Source: the human T2T-CHM13v2.0 reference genome, Homo sapiens
Assembly (NCBI RefSeq): GCF_009914755.1
Contig: NC_060926.1
DNA length: 64,000 bases
Strand: one strand, 5' to 3'
A program made the position numbers and the translations under genes. This document shows positions 27,316-41,739 of the stretch, in pieces. Numbering within the stretch: position 1 is the stretch's first letter; each line of letters starts with the position of its first letter. Below the pieces are notes generated by a model that made no database searches, had not been told where the DNA came from, and worked only from the letters and a program-made list of their open reading frames with translations.

Positions 27316-28749
27316 AGGCAGAGATGGACCACACACATCTTCATTCTATGATTAGGTCACATTACAGATATATTTATAACGCATATGGAATCAAGGCATT
27401 CACACAGGACAGGAACAGATGTGTGATCCCCCGGCACAGCCTGCCTTGTCCCCCAAAGTCCCTTAAAGGCACATAAGCACTGGCAGTACACAGTGAGGCC
27501 TTGCTGAGTAAGAGCCCCTCATTTCTTGCCACCCTAAGTTCTATATATCCATATTCAAGAAGACATTGACAGGGACCTCTGAATACTATGCAAAGGAGCT
27601 TGGATTGTCTGTGCAAAATTGAACCATCAAAGTTCAATGATAAGAGCAACGTCATGATTATGTCTTTGTTTGGAAAGATTTTTTTGTTGACCTTGTGGAG
27701 CTGAAATTAGAAAAGGAAGTGAATGAAAGCTAGGAGACCATTTAGAAAGCCATTACCATAATCCAGGAGAGAGATAAATTCAGTACCAGCATTTGGTGGT
27801 TTACACTTTTAAAAATCCCTGGTGCCTAATATTTTGTGATATATAAGGAATGATACAAAATTTGTTCCTTCAACTTTGAAGTTTCTGTATTTATTTTTCC
27901 ATTGATTTCTCTTGCTTCCTTACCTCCCATAACCAATCATTCATCAAGTACTAGTGAGTCTAACTTTTAATATCTCGAGAACCTGTACTCTTCTCTCTGC
28001 CAATGCATTGATAAAGGCCACATTTATCACATAGACTAACATTTCTCAACTATGCACAAAATGTTCTTAGGGATTCCATGAAAAAAAGAAAAGTTTTCTT
28101 GTCAAACACTTTGTGAAGCCCTGGGATAAACAAATTTAAATAGGTTGCTTTTCTGAGCTTTAAAGAATGCTTACATGACTTGGGAATTCCTAGAGAGAAG
28201 TTCCCTCTTTTCATAGAAAGCCTATTAACATCTCCAGTGGTCCTCAGAATACAGATTGTAAAATGCTGACATGGACAAATAAAGGTTTTTCTCTGCATTT
28301 CTGCAAAACTTCTTTCAGTCTGCTGACTTTCTGCATGTATTGCCCCCAGGAAAGGGATCACATCGTACAAGGCAGAGAAAAAGGTAATCAATTCTTACAG
28401 TTTGGATTTCAAAAGTTAAGGGAACAATAATTCATGGGCCATATATTTGAAAGACTAAGATCAGTAGGAGCAAAGCTTTCTATATTCAGACTAGATAAAA
28501 GGAAGAAAGGGGGAAAATGGTTGACATTAAGTGGAGAGTTTTGATACAAGAGATTAAGAGGGCCCAGGTCCCAACCCACTCACCAGCCCTGCACTGAGCC
28601 CTGATGGAGGAAAAGGAATCAGAAACCCCAGGATGGTTTGGTGGGATCTAAGAACAAAAGGAACCTGTGCCTACCCAGCAAGACAGAGCTCTGGGAAGAA
28701 AGCAAGACTTTACAAATAAAATTGCTGAAATGTAATTTGTGTCTGTATT

Positions 28750-28961
28750 AGGAATTCTCAATCTCAGCACTATTGATATTTTGGTCTGGATAATTTTTTG
28801 CTGTGGGATCCTCATGTGGGTTGTAGAATGTTTAACAGCTTCCCTGGCCTCTGCCCTCCAGATGCTTGTAACATACTCCCCATCCCCAGTTGTAACTACT
28901 AAACATGTTTCTAGACATTACCAAATGTCTCCTGGGGGCAAAATCTCCATTGAGAGCCACT
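28750..28961. mobile_element. MER20 (hAT-Charlie) DNA transposon
   Basis: 'ttctcaatctcagcactattgatattttgg...ataattttttgctgtggg...ccagttgtaactactaaacatgtttctagacattaccaaatgtctcctgggggcaaaat...ttgagagccactg'. Confidence 0.85.
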
Positions 28962-29224
28962 GGTTTAGGTAAAATCCTAGAGAGAATTTCTTCCTATCCT
29001 AGCACAGGTCATGAGTAGTAGAAAGAATCATTTGAGAAGATCCAGGGCAACATACTTGGATGATGTCCTAGAACCAGATGAGATTAAAAGCAAAACACCC
29101 CAATGGCAATGGACGCCTGAGAGGACTGATCACTCTCAAGAACAAAATGACACACTCCCCACAAATACTTCCACATTGCAGCTAAATTACTTAAGAACAC
29201 AGATACCAGAGCATACTGGAAGCC

Positions 29225-29370
29225 AGGCTGCCTACCTTTAAATCCCAGGAATCACTCAACTTTCTGGACCTCAGTTTCCTCATATCTGTGAGATGGAGAT
29301 AATGACAGTACATACCACACAGGGTTACAATGATAATTAAATGAGTTAAATTTTGTGAAGTACTTGCTCT
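29225..29370 (+). mobile_element. MIR SINE
   Basis: MIR core 'cctcagtttcctcatatctgtgagatggagataatgacagtac...attaaatgagttaa'. Confidence 0.8.
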
Positions 29371-31404
29371 TTATTTAATTAAATTTTGAGTAAGTGGTGG
29401 TTTTTACTATGTATATAAACACCCCTGGGATTAGTTCCAAGTCAGAGAAGGAGAATGTGACCCTGAATTATTAATATAACTAAACTTCTGCCATCAGATC
29501 AAATAGGTTCACACTATTCTATGAAACTGAAACTAAAAATAAAGTTATTTTTACAAAACCAGTTTGTGTTCAGAAATTTCTCCTCATTCACTGGTCTCTT
29601 TGCATGCAGTCTAAACTTCCCTGTCTTTGTCCCTTAATGTATCTTCATACCACCATTGTGCTCATCTAATAAAATCTTAAATCTGATCACATATGAGTTT
29701 TCCATTATCCACAGCTATGGTCCCACAGAGATGCTCAAGAACTCAGGGTTGTATGGGGAGGGCATGGCATGAAACTCTGGTGTGCTTCTCCATGATTAAT
29801 TCTTTCATAGATTGAGTTTCCTTGTAAGATTTTATTTGAAAAATTCATATGTTCCTACAAAATGTCACTGGCCCACAGAGACCCCACCAGATGGCAGTCG
29901 AGGCCACCATGAGCAGCCCTTACCCCTCCCTCCAGCTGTTCAGCAAAGCCCCTGTGATCCAGATGAAGAGTCACTGGTAGAGTCCATGTGCCGTTAGCCT
30001 CATAGTTTTGCACATGCTATTTCATCTGCTTAAAATATTCTTGTCAATTTCCTGCAGATAAGAAGCCATCGGAGTGGTCTTTTACTGGGAAACATGCTTG
30101 GATTTGCATTCTTAAAAGGAAACTGATGGACTAAAGGCCTCTCCAGACTTTGGTGTGGAGGGAGCCTGCCTCAGGTGCTGTAGGATTCTTTGCCAAAGCT
30201 AGGGATATACAGCTTCCCTAGGTGTCACCGCCCCCACCCCAAAACTCTGCCACAGCATTGAGGGTGCTCCAAAGATGCAGACCATTGTATCCATTAACCT
30301 TAGAAAATCAATCTCTCTCTTCCATTCTTTCATACCTTCCTGTTTACCTTCCCAAAGGTCTCTGCTCCTCCTACCTCCCAGGATAGAATCCCCTCAAGGG
30401 GCCTCTAACACACCAAAGCCATTTCTCTTCTAGTATGGACAATTTCTCTTTCCTTTCTGCAACACAACTCTCCCCTGAGGCAAAGGGAGCACAGGGGAAC
30501 TAGCTACCTATGTGGAAAGGGAAAAGAAGTGTACATCTAGAGTAAAAATCACAGCCAATCACCCTTCCACCTGCATATATATCTCAGTGAATCGGAACTT
30601 CTTTCTTCGTACCTTCCTTGAATAAGTTTAGATTCATTTTGTTAACAGAAAAATAGAATATTTTTTAAGTCCAATCAAGACACACATCTATATAGAAGCA
30701 TTACTACACAAGATAAATATTAACTGAGTTATATATTATCCATATACTTGTGACATAGGTATATACCAAAAGCAGTACCTCACACAGTAACTGCCTCTCT
30801 CTTTTCCAAACCTTCAATGCTGTTAAATCAGTGATGGAAAATGCTGCTATTTCCTCAGAAGGGTCACCATTCATTGTCTTCATTTGTGCATTGGTATATG
30901 TGCCCTTCCAGTTCAATGCTACAACCCATCAGATCACCTCCTTTTCTGTCCCATTTGGCAGCCAGTCTCAGGACTGCTGCTGTTTTTCCATCTGTCAAAC
31001 TCAATCTACCTTCAACATACAGGCAGGGCCTGGAGACTGGACTGAGTAAAGAACAATAAAGTCAGGCTGGTTTCACCCTGAATTTTATCTACTTTGAGGG
31101 GAAAAAGGAATTCTAATAACATGGAAAATTCCCTTTGCAGGAGTCTGCCTAGAACTGGGCTTCCAGCCTTGGAAGACAGCAACCCCATTCAGTGAACAGC
31201 TTTTGCAGAGTCTGCCCAGCTACAAGAATTCCTTCCTCTTAACCCCCAGAAAGAAGCGAGCAAGCCATTTTGAACAATTCTGTACAATGAGCCCATACTC
31301 CTTTTTATAGCAGATCGGTCCAGAGATGATTCGTGATCCAAGTTGGTCTATTAGATAGAACAGAAAATGCCTGCGTAACCTCCTTAAAAACGGACATCGA
31401 TTGA

Positions 31405-31750
31405 AACCGCCTCCTCCATTTGCTTGTTGTATGAACTTTGGGTAAAGAATTTAACTTCTCTTGACCTATTTCTTCATCTGTAAAAAAAATAGTTTGAACT
31501 AAATGATTTTTAAATTTCCTTTCTGCTCTTGCAGTATGGTTCTCACAATAAAGGTGGGTTCTAGAGTCAATGAGGCCTTGGTTCACAGTCATATCCTGTC
31601 AGTCACTATAGTCTTATGACTTAAAAAGATTTCTCAACTTTCTAAGCATCAGTTTCAAAATGGGGACTATGATAATGTCTGCCTTGCTATTAAATGATAT
31701 AATACATGTTCTGGGCTTAAAACACTACTACACACAGTCAAGCACCCCAT
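31405..31750 (+). mobile_element. Two adjacent MIR/MIR3 fragments
   Basis: 'tttcttcatctgtaaaa...gaactaaatgatttttaa' and 'cagtttcaaaatggggactatgataat...attaaatgatataatacatg'. Confidence 0.6.
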
Positions 31751-33959
31751 AGTCTCTGGTTGCTACCACTGGTGTTATTTCTACTTCAGCAAGATTTAAA
31801 ATTAAAGAAAGAAGCAAGGAAGAAAAGGAAACCAAGGTGAAAACATCATAATTGTTCAGCCAAAAGAATTATCTGAATAAAAAAAATTAAACCTTTGATT
31901 CACTGATACTGCAAAAAGGTTGGGAGAGAGAGTAAATAATCAATATGACTCTCCAAGCAAGTAAAAATGTACAGGATGTTTAATTGTGGCCCTAAAAAAG
32001 AAGGCAACACTACTTATATCAAGCTCTATCACTCTCAGAACTTGAAAATCCAATAAGAAAGGGTCCTCCAAATACAAAGAGCGTTGGGTAAAATCATAAC
32101 TCTCTCGTGAGTGATAACATCTATAAACTATTAAACTTAAAGAACCATGTCCAGGACTTATTTATCCCATTGTCTTTCTTTGTAACCTTGTCTTGGTGAC
32201 ATGTACAGTATCCATATACCTGGGATATTCTTTTTTTCCATATGTCAGGAGCATAATGATCACTACCCAAACACCATACAAGACTGATGCTCCAATACAA
32301 TTGATTATCTCAATCCAGAAACTACTCTAATAGCCCTACACGTAGAAATGCCTTAAGATGATCAGAAGAATAAACTGAAGTCCATCATAGAATATTTTCT
32401 CCATATAAATATATATGCTGACAGCAAATTATTCCTACAGGTTTACTTAAATATTCAGCCTTTTCCCAGTTCAATTCTTTAGTGGGTCATATGAGCTGAC
32501 TGGGTGCAATACAATAAATTGAAGAAGGGTGAGGGGATATAAGACAGGTAAGAAAAAAATTAAAGAACCAGTGATATACAATGTGGCATAATATAATGCC
32601 AGTCTAAAAAGATGAAAAATCTCAACAGTAGGTGGGCTGTGGTTAGCGTAGGCAGTTCAACCCAGGGTACTCTGCCAGTACAAAAATGTCATTCTACTTG
32701 TAAATCTGAGAGCAAGTGCCACCAAAATTGACAGGGACAAGGATCAAGGATAAAGTCATCATCCAAAGGGCATGTCACACCTGCCTCACATACAAAAGAA
32801 ATATATGGATCACATACATCATATTTTTCAAAACTCATTTGCAAAGATTTGCAGCCCTTGTTCCATTTTCTGAGCTTGTATATGCAAAGCAACATGTGTA
32901 CACATGACCCTTTCAGATGGTCACGATAGGAAACTGGCAAGAGTTTCACTATTTGGGAGATCCTAGAGACCTCCTAAGGAATGCAAGAACAAAATCATCC
33001 ATTATCCCATATTTACAACTTGATATATTAGATGCCCTAGAATTTAAAGTATGTTTAAGGTGGTCTGGATATCTTAGAACAAAATGGATCACTATTGTCC
33101 ATCCCATTTAATTATCGGGACACTATTAAAAGTTGTCATGTCATGTGGCTAGCAGGACTTTTTCAAAGCCAACCTGTTCTTTTGAAAGATAAAGGGGACG
33201 TTTCAGAGATTCTCTCTTAGACTACATTCTCTTCACTGGCATACTTGCACATGGTAATGACTGAATACATACTTTTGGTTGGCTATGGAAAGTCATCGCC
33301 TTGGAGGAGCTGATGACTTTTGCTGACTATCAAAATAGTAATTACAGCATTTTTAGGTCCCAAATTTGATGCTATTCAGTTATTTTTATGTTTACATTTC
33401 AGACCCATAGTCTTATAAAACATCTGTAAAGGCTATTTTCAGAATTTGGAACCATGAACCAATAGAATGTGTTTCAACAGTCTCAGCATCTGAAGTCATT
33501 TTAGAAACACAGGTACAAGATTTAATTTAAATTGTTCTAATCACTCAGATGTTTAATCAGATATGTTGCTGGCTTGTTCTGTTACATTTGCATATTTTCA
33601 AATGGAAATTTGCCGACACAAGGTGGTGATGTTAGAAACGGGGTTGCCCAGGAGCTAACTCACAAGGCCTCTGAATGAGACAAGAATTCCGTATCCTGCT
33701 TATCTATTTGTGTGGTTCTAAATAGCCCATTTACCTGCGTGGAAAATAAAGACAACTCTTTTTGTTTTATTTCACATACCAAGTCCAGAAAGCTGTCCTG
33801 GGGGTACCTCAGGCATGCTTCCCCTCTACAGGCTGGCCTCTCAGTGAACCCAGAGGGCCCCCCAGCAAGAAACAGAGAAGAATCTTTAGTGGAGACAACA
33901 GTATCCACTAGATTACTGTATTTCTCAGAATTTAATGTGCAAACAAAACCCCTGAAGGT

Positions 33960-34070
33960 TTAAAGTAGAGATCCTGATTCTGTAGCTTTCAGGCAGGGGC
34001 TAAGATTCTGCATTTCTAACATGCTTCCAAGTGATCCTGGTGCTGCTGGTCCGTGGACTCACCTAGAGCA
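33960..34070. mobile_element. MER5A fragment
   Basis: 'ctgattctgtag...ctaagattctgcatttctaacatgcttccaagtgatcctggtgctgctggtcc'. Confidence 0.75.
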
Positions 34071-37000
34071 GCTAGGAGACCATGCTCCTCAGTGAGACAT
34101 GACTCCTGCTCTGCCACCATACAGCTGTGCCATTTGAGCACATTATAGCATGTCAGTGCTTCAGTTTTCTCCACAATAAAATTAGGCAAGAAATAAAGGC
34201 TCTTACCAAATTCAAAGAGTTAAAGAGAATGTGAATAAATAAATGCAGGTGAAAGCATTCTTAAAAAGTTTAACAAGCTACTTAGTTAACAGTGTTTAAA
34301 ATCGCTGAAGAACACAAATATACTCTTCCCCTAAAACTGACAAATTGGGTGCCACTGCTTCTTGTCTGCTACACATTCTATTCTTATATTCTTCATAAAA
34401 CTGCTGTGCTATGTGCCTGCCCTATGACCAGGCTATAGCTGATAACTTTCTACACAAAGTTATTTCTGAGTGGTCCCCACACTATACCCTGCAGGATAGC
34501 ACAATTATTTTGGTAACTCTTCTTCCAAAGCCCCAGATTCTACCAGCTTATTCTCAAGACACCTAATTATTGAATTAAAAGAAAAGAGAGAGGTCAATTT
34601 TCCATGTCTATATAGTTCATAATTAATACAATTTTCTCTTAAAATGTACCTATTCCTACTTGTTTCACACATGTCAAAAGTGAGGTCCACTAAAGATAAA
34701 TTCCCTGCCCGATCTCACCACAATAATTAAGAGTAGAAACAGGACCAGAAACTATGTATTTAATTCCCAGTTTTGTATGGCTGTCTCCACTCCACCTTGG
34801 AGAAAGTTTTCCTAAACCCTTCTCTTTTCCTAAGTTCCTTGCAGCCACTTTTGGTTTTGTAGTAGCAGATAGTGGCAATGCCATTGGACCAAAGCAACGT
34901 TGAACCAGAGGAGAGGGAGAGAAGCCATGGGAGTCACAGGGCCGCATGGATGGATGCTGTGGAAGGGACTAGAGTAAAGAAGCATGTGGTATTAGTAGCA
35001 GATTACCCCTTCTCTGACCCCTCAGAGGAGACTCAGAAAAGAATAAGTGAAATATTCATTGCACCTACGTATGTGGTCCACATATGCTGTTATTTGTTAT
35101 AATCCACTTTAAACAGAGTATCTTTTTAAGAGTCTACTTCAACAAAGAAGCCTATAACTAGAGTAACTGCTTGGCATATGATCATGCACAGCTTGGACAG
35201 AGGGTCCATGGTGGAACATAGCTCTAGAAAGAAGCATGAGAGGAGTCTAGCATAACAAGAGGCAAGGTCTGGAGCAAGGAGGAGGTGCTGCACATGAAAG
35301 GAGCCAGCCTGGATGTAGACTGATTCGCTGTAAAAAAGCAGTCATGGATACCAAGCAAAGAATGAATTATGGAGCTATGTGGAGAGAAATGGGCTCAGGG
35401 CAAATTTATTATGCTCCATTTCCACTCTGCTAGCAGGCTGCACAGTATCTCAGAGGTACAGGTTTACTCAGGACTGAAATTTTACACCCAGGGACAGTAT
35501 CTCTAATAATCTAATTTGGTGAGATAAGAAAATCATATCTTGTAAACCGATCATCCCTTTCCAAAAGCCCATATAAAAGTTTATAGGCTGTTGAGGTGTC
35601 TAGCCTAGCGCAAGCTTCTATTATAGGCAAAGCAGAGACAACACACTTAAAGATGAAATTATTTTAATAAGAATGCTACTACTCGGTATGTGCAGTTTGT
35701 TCTTTACAACTTGAACTTCATAAATTTTTATAAGGTGTCTATTTATTGTCAGGCTCAGGAGCTGCTATGTCACCATTGCTCAGTCAAAGCCTTTTCAGAT
35801 AAAGGAATTTTGATCTGGGTGAGATACATTATGTGATATTAAGATATACGACCCCACATCCATTTCCAGAGTCTCCTCAGTAACATTTGTGTCTTCCATG
35901 CAAATGTTAAAATAAATATAGTCTCAACCACTGTGAAATGGGCTGCTCCTTTGGCCATTGTACATGTAGGAGCAGAATGCCTCAGCAGGAAGAACCTTGA
36001 CTGTCCTCTACTAAGTCTACAACAAGAAGAAATGATGATCAAGAGCAAACCCATGCCAAGGAAGCTTCTTCAGGACTTGGGTGTCGGTCTCTTTCAGGTG
36101 TTGTAGAAAAGAGGAATAAAAAAAGAGAGGGGACTATTTCCAAATAATAGCAGCTATCGTTTCTAAGGGCTTATCATGTTTCTGGCACAGGAAAAACACT
36201 TAATATACATTATCTCATTGAGTCTTTGTAGTCCTATGAGATACATAATATTGTGCCCATTTTATAATACAGGAATCTTCAGTTTAAATATGTTTATAAT
36301 TTGCCTAAGGCCGTACAGCAGGGACTCAATCTGGAGGTGTCAGATCACAAAGAATACAGTCTTATCCCAATGCCACCTCCCAAACAGACTTCTAAGCCCA
36401 ACACTGCTTCCCTTATCAGCATCATTCTGGCTTCGTGGTTATTCAGGAGAATACCATGCAAACGAAAAGGACAAAAGGACTTCAGAAAACCTTTGAAGGG
36501 AAACGAGGTTATGAATTACAGAATTTAAGACTGACTGAGCCTTAAAATCATCATGAATGAATAAATGAGGTGGTCACAGGACTAGTTCCAGGTCACACAG
36601 CTAGTTAAAAGCAGGAGGATTCCTCCTCAACCTTCCACTAGTGATGCCAAAGGCAACACATCTATTTGGGGAGATGAAGGAGTTGCATAATAGCTGGTTT
36701 TCTCTTCTCTAATTTTGGAGATTTGTTGGCATAATTCTTTCCCTCCATCCCTGAAATAGAATGGGTGGGGTAAGCAATTAGGATGTGATTAGTATTGGGA
36801 AGGTAGGGTCCAGAAGTGAAAGAATATTCCGGTATTTTTCCTTTTAGTTTCAAACGTTGAGGATAAAAGTTATCACCGGTATTTCTTTTGAGGGAGGGGT
36901 GTGATGAGAGGAGCAATCAAATATTGAGTCAATAAACATTAGCATTTACTATCTGCTAGACACTTGTATAGTCATTAACCTGATAAATAAGTCAAGGGGT

Positions 37001-37599
37001 CTGCCCTCAATTAGCTTACAGTCTAGTGAGAAAAATCAACACAAACATATCATTACAACCTAATATTGCAAGCACCATAAGAGAAACACAGAAAAAGTGA
37101 AACAGAAACATGAAAAGACTATCAAGGAGTTGAGCTCAGCTGTGATGGGTATGCAGCACAACCTGTGAGAAGTCACCAAAGATGACCACAGAGCTCAACC
37201 CTTGTGTGAAAGGTAGCAAACAGTTGCAGAACTCTGGCTAAGAGGGAACACACTGGGATCTGTGCCTTTTGCTGTTAAATGAGATAATGCTGTGGCATAT
37301 AGTAGGTGTTTAATAAGTGCAGTGTGCTCAAAAGCTGGAAAAATAATAAAAAGCTGGGGGGGAAAGGTGAAGTAATTGTTCAATCATCTTTTAAGGAGTT
37401 CAGGAACACCTTTCTCACTTCCTTTCTTTTTACATATCCCTCTCCCCTAAAGTCACTCCTCAAATTATTTTATTAATAATGCCAAGAAGGGGACAGATTG
37501 TAGCAATCAGCTCAGCTGAGCTTCCACTCAATGCAGGAATTCCTTCTGTTATGTCTGGTGGCTGATCCTCTCATCCATCACATATTTTCAGCTAGAGGG

Positions 37600-37810
37600 A
37601 GCATGAAACTTCAAGGCAGCCATACCATTACTGGACAGTGAATCATCTGAAAGTTCTTTCTCATATTGAGTTGAAATTTGCCTCCCTATGATCCCACCCA
37701 CTGAATCTGGTTGTGCCTGCTGGAACTTTGGAAAAATGAATCTACTTCCTTGTCCACGTATCATCCCTTCAAGTGTTTGCAGGCAACTACCATGTCTGTT
37801 CAAAGCCTTC
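37600..37810 (-). mobile_element. L3/CR1 LINE fragment
   Basis: 'gaaagttctttctcatattgagttgaaatttgcctccct...cccactg...cccttcaagtgtttgcaggca' matches the antisense L3 pattern. Confidence 0.6.
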
Positions 37811-38397
37811 TTATTCGGAACCGGATGAGGAGGCACATGCTTTGTCTGTCCTCTTGCTAAAGGGGGTTAAGAAACAGCAGCCAGGGAGGTGTGGGAGATT
37901 CACAAAGATTCTGCTGTATGTCTTTCATCATGCAAGGCTGCTTAGAGTGGCTTCAACAAGTGTTGAAATCACGATCCTAGTGCACACTTTCTCGTGCTTA
38001 TAATAAGGCTTGAGAGAGAAGTAAAAGTGGGCTAGACCGAGAGATCCTTAGTGTGGTATGACCTTTCCAATTAAACACAGGCCCTGCAGACTCTTAAAAA
38101 TCCATCCCATGGAGGGATCCTCAAATTACCACCATAGTTAGCCTTATGCAACAGTTCAGATGTTGCCTTTTGTATTTTTTCCTTAACGTTAGAAGATAAA
38201 CTTGCCATGTGACCAGTAATTTGCCTCTTAAGAAGATCTGGAAAGTCTGACATCTCCTATATGCAAAGTTCCCTCTCACATTTAATTTGGTTGGTTTTAT
38301 CATTTTCTGAGTAGGTCAACCTTTATGTCAATCACCCCCTTCACCAATCTCTTCAGTTACCATTGAGCCCTTCCCTACAGCTAAAGAAAGAAGTTGA

Positions 38398-38700
38398 GGC
38401 CAGACACAGTGGCTCACGCCTGTAACCCCAATGCTGTGGGAGGACAAGGCAGGAGGACTGCTTGAGGCCAGGAGTTCAAGACCAGCCCGTGCAACGCGGC
38501 AAGACATCACCAGTACATTATTTTCTAAATTAGCTGGCCATAGTGGTGCACACCTGTAGTCCTAGCTACTTTGTAGGCTGAGGTGGAAGGGTCACTTGAG
38601 TCCAGGAGTTGGAGGCTACAGCGAAATATGATTGCACCACTGCATTCCAGTCTGGGTGACAGAGCAAGACCCTGTCTCTTAAAAAATAAAAAGAAAAGAA
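38398..38700 (+). mobile_element. AluJ (old, diverged)
   Basis: J diagnostics 'ggaggactgcttgaggccaggagttcaagacc', 'cacttgagtccaggagttggaggctacag', 'agagcaagaccctgtctc'; A-rich tail. Confidence 0.92.
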
Positions 38701-39943
38701 AGCTGACATCTATGAGGGCTGAATCAGGCTGAACGTAGGGTTCAATCATAACATGACCCTACAACAAGAAAATGCTAAGCTGTCACTTTATGCCACCCTC
38801 CTCTCAATCACTCTCTGAGGTTTTATAGATAACAAAGCATTATTTCACATGATAGAACACTATTGCTGGATTTTAAAATAATCAATGATCAGAGTTAGAG
38901 CTATTCATGACAAGATGCTTCAAAATTTTTAATGTCATTTTTGTTCATTTCATATAGCAACAAGAAAAAATTCTATGGCTTGCAACTGTAAATGGATCTA
39001 CAGAAGTACACACTGAAGGACTCAGAAGAATTGTTACCCATACACAGTAAACAGTTTTTCTTGCTATAATTCTTAATAATTTCTTAATAATTCAGAAATG
39101 TGATTTCAAGAATCAAATTTTCCTAAAGATCAGACTACCTTTGACCCATGCCAGCTATGAGTACATTATACTGTTCATTTTCCAATACAATATTAAAGAA
39201 AGACAACAGATCTGAAAACCTGTTAAATTCTCGACAAATTTAAACCTTGCTTATGTAAGCTATGCACAGTGAGGCAAGAAAGACTTCAAGGATTTGCAAG
39301 GGCTGAAAGAGGAGGTCTCTGCCAGGGCAACAGCAGTTCGAATGTGCACCACCACATCTGTACATTTGGCACAGTCATCTCAGTCTCCACTTGGCAGCTA
39401 CGGAGAAGGGAAGGCAGGAAGGGACCATAGAGAAAGAAGCCTATTTCTTACCATAAAACCACAAGGACAGAATAAATTGCTTTTCCTAGGATGCAGAGAA
39501 GGAAAAAGCAGCCTGCAGACTTGCAAGGGGAGAGACACTGCTGACATTCAATAGCCATAGTGGTCTCAATACTATCCACCTGGTCACTGCCATCAATGTG
39601 GTTACAAAAATACGGTGAGTCATGGAGGCAAAGGTGAAACTCTATGTAGTCATAATTATAATCTTGGGAGCCAAAAATCGCTGGCTCCAGGACCTCACCT
39701 CCTACCACCTCTTTTAGATTTTGTAGGGTTAGGTTTGGGCCCTGGAATCCATATACCATGAGTGAGCTCACATAGATACTGCGGCAGGCGTCCAGTGGTT
39801 CACGTTGGCATGGAAACTCATCGTGGACTAAAACCTGTAAGTAAAGGCCAGTGAATACCCAATGAGAGAGCACAGACTGGTTCTCCAGAATTCACACATG
39901 ATGGGATCCATGTGGGTGATTTCTCAGAGCAACTTAAGGTAGG

Positions 39944-40095
39944 AGTGTTCTCCAAGTGTGGTCTGTCGATCACCCGGGATACTTACTTAGATTACTGGGT
40001 CCTGCCTCAGACCTAGTGAGTCAGAGCTTTCAAGGGTTAATTCCATGAATCTGTATCTTTAGCCAGTTCCCAGGTCTTCTTTCACATGCTAAAGT
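39944..40095. mobile_element. MER5-type hAT fragment
   Basis: 'agtgttctccaagtgtggtc...cagacctagtgagtcaga...aatctgtatctttagccagttcccagg'. Confidence 0.6.
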
Positions 40096-40924
40096 CCAAT
40101 AATGACTACACTAGAGATGGCTTTAGAACCAGCTTGATGACCACATGCATGGGAGAAAAGACCACTGTGCAAAAGAGGAATGAGACTATATCTTGCCTTC
40201 TTCATTTTGAGTCTTAAATATTTTACTCCTATGAAAGTTAGATTGACCCTTAAGAACCATACATGCAGTAATGAGGTATATATGGACTTAAGCTCTTTGG
40301 TAATCCTCCCCATAGTTTGCCAATTATATCTTTCTCTTACAAATTATTTTTCTTTCTATATTCCAATTTAGAAAATCAAATTTAGATGTGAAAACCAATG
40401 CCTATGAACCCAGGAGAGGTGACTATCCAACTATTAATACAATTCTAGTGCCTGAAAAAAAGACTGTCCTTAAATGAGTCTGCCCTAGTTATATAGACCC
40501 TGTTTACATAAACTGGCTTCTCTACCTGGATCACTCCCTCACTTGGGTCATTTCCAAGCATTCCAGGTTTATACATGTGTATCAAGTTCAGAAAGCATAT
40601 TCATTCACAAGAAGCTATGTGTTAAGTTACTTGGTCTTCCAAAAGTCCAAGAACCCAAGTGTACCTGTGCTTCACATGGTTACAAATTTTCAGAAGTCCT
40701 TGTAGTGCTTAGAATTCCACATTTCTATGCTCTTTCATTTCATTGTTCTTTTAAAGTAAACAAGGAAAGGCAGATGAGAAAACAGAAAATATATAATTGA
40801 AAAATACCTAGTAAGTTTCAAACTGAAGGTTTAAAAGTCAGAGTTGCACAAGTTATCTTGGCAAAGAAATCAGTGTACCTGCAGGTATTTAATATTAATA
40901 ATTAAATTGTATAATGTACAATTA

Positions 40925-41160
40925 TGGCTACCTGTATGAGTATGGTAGGTGCCAAGAACTTTGTGAAGTATGCTATGTGCATTATCTAATTTTATCTGAT
41001 GACAACCCCATGGAAGATTCTTTCATTATATCTCTCAGACTTGGTAAACGAAAGCACAGAGAGGTTAAGTAACTTAGTCAAAGTCACACAACTAATAAAT
41101 AGAACTGAAATTTGCATCCACAAAATATGACTTCAGAACCAAACTCGACATTTAGGCTCT
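40925..41160 (-). mobile_element. MIR SINE
   Basis: 'gcacagagaggttaagtaacttagtcaaagtcacacaactaataaat'. Confidence 0.75.
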
Positions 41161-41683
41161 GCTATTTCCCATCTTCAATAGTGCATCACGTGCAGGGACT
41201 AAGATGTGTTTAATCATCAGCATTTCCAGATGTCTAAGAACATGTGCAATGGCTAATTTATTTAAAGAAAATTTCATATATATAAAATTGAAATGGCTGT
41301 ATTTATATACCAGTATGTGTATCTGTATACAAACAATGGCATTTTTGTGCTCTTATTCTAAGCATTAGATTTTTCTCCCTCAGCCTGTGAGAAAAAGTTT
41401 TTTCACATCCAAAGTATCAAATCTAAGGAAATCACAGGGTCTACACCATTTCTCTGTGAAGTTTAAATGCTAGTGTTAATGCCAGAAGTTTTCTACTCTT
41501 ACTTGTAATGTTTAATTTCCCTAGGCTCAAATTTTAAATATTCTAAATTCTCTGGGTCTCATTTTTCTAATTTATCAGTGAGGATTTTGTACAAAGATCT
41601 CTTTTAACTCTAAACATACAATGACACTGATTTAATGATTGTCTTTGAATGAATGGTAGTCATTTCCATATCCTTACCTATTA

Positions 41684-41739
41684 TTAGGCTGCCATAAAAA
41701 AAAAAAGGCAAAAACTGTAACTACTTTTGCACCAACCTA
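41684..41739. mobile_element. MADE1 (Hsmar1-derived MITE), left arm internally deleted
   Basis: Right arm 'ggcaaaaactgtaactacttttgcaccaaccta' matches the MADE1 TIR; left end reduced to 'ttaggctgcc'. Confidence 0.8.
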
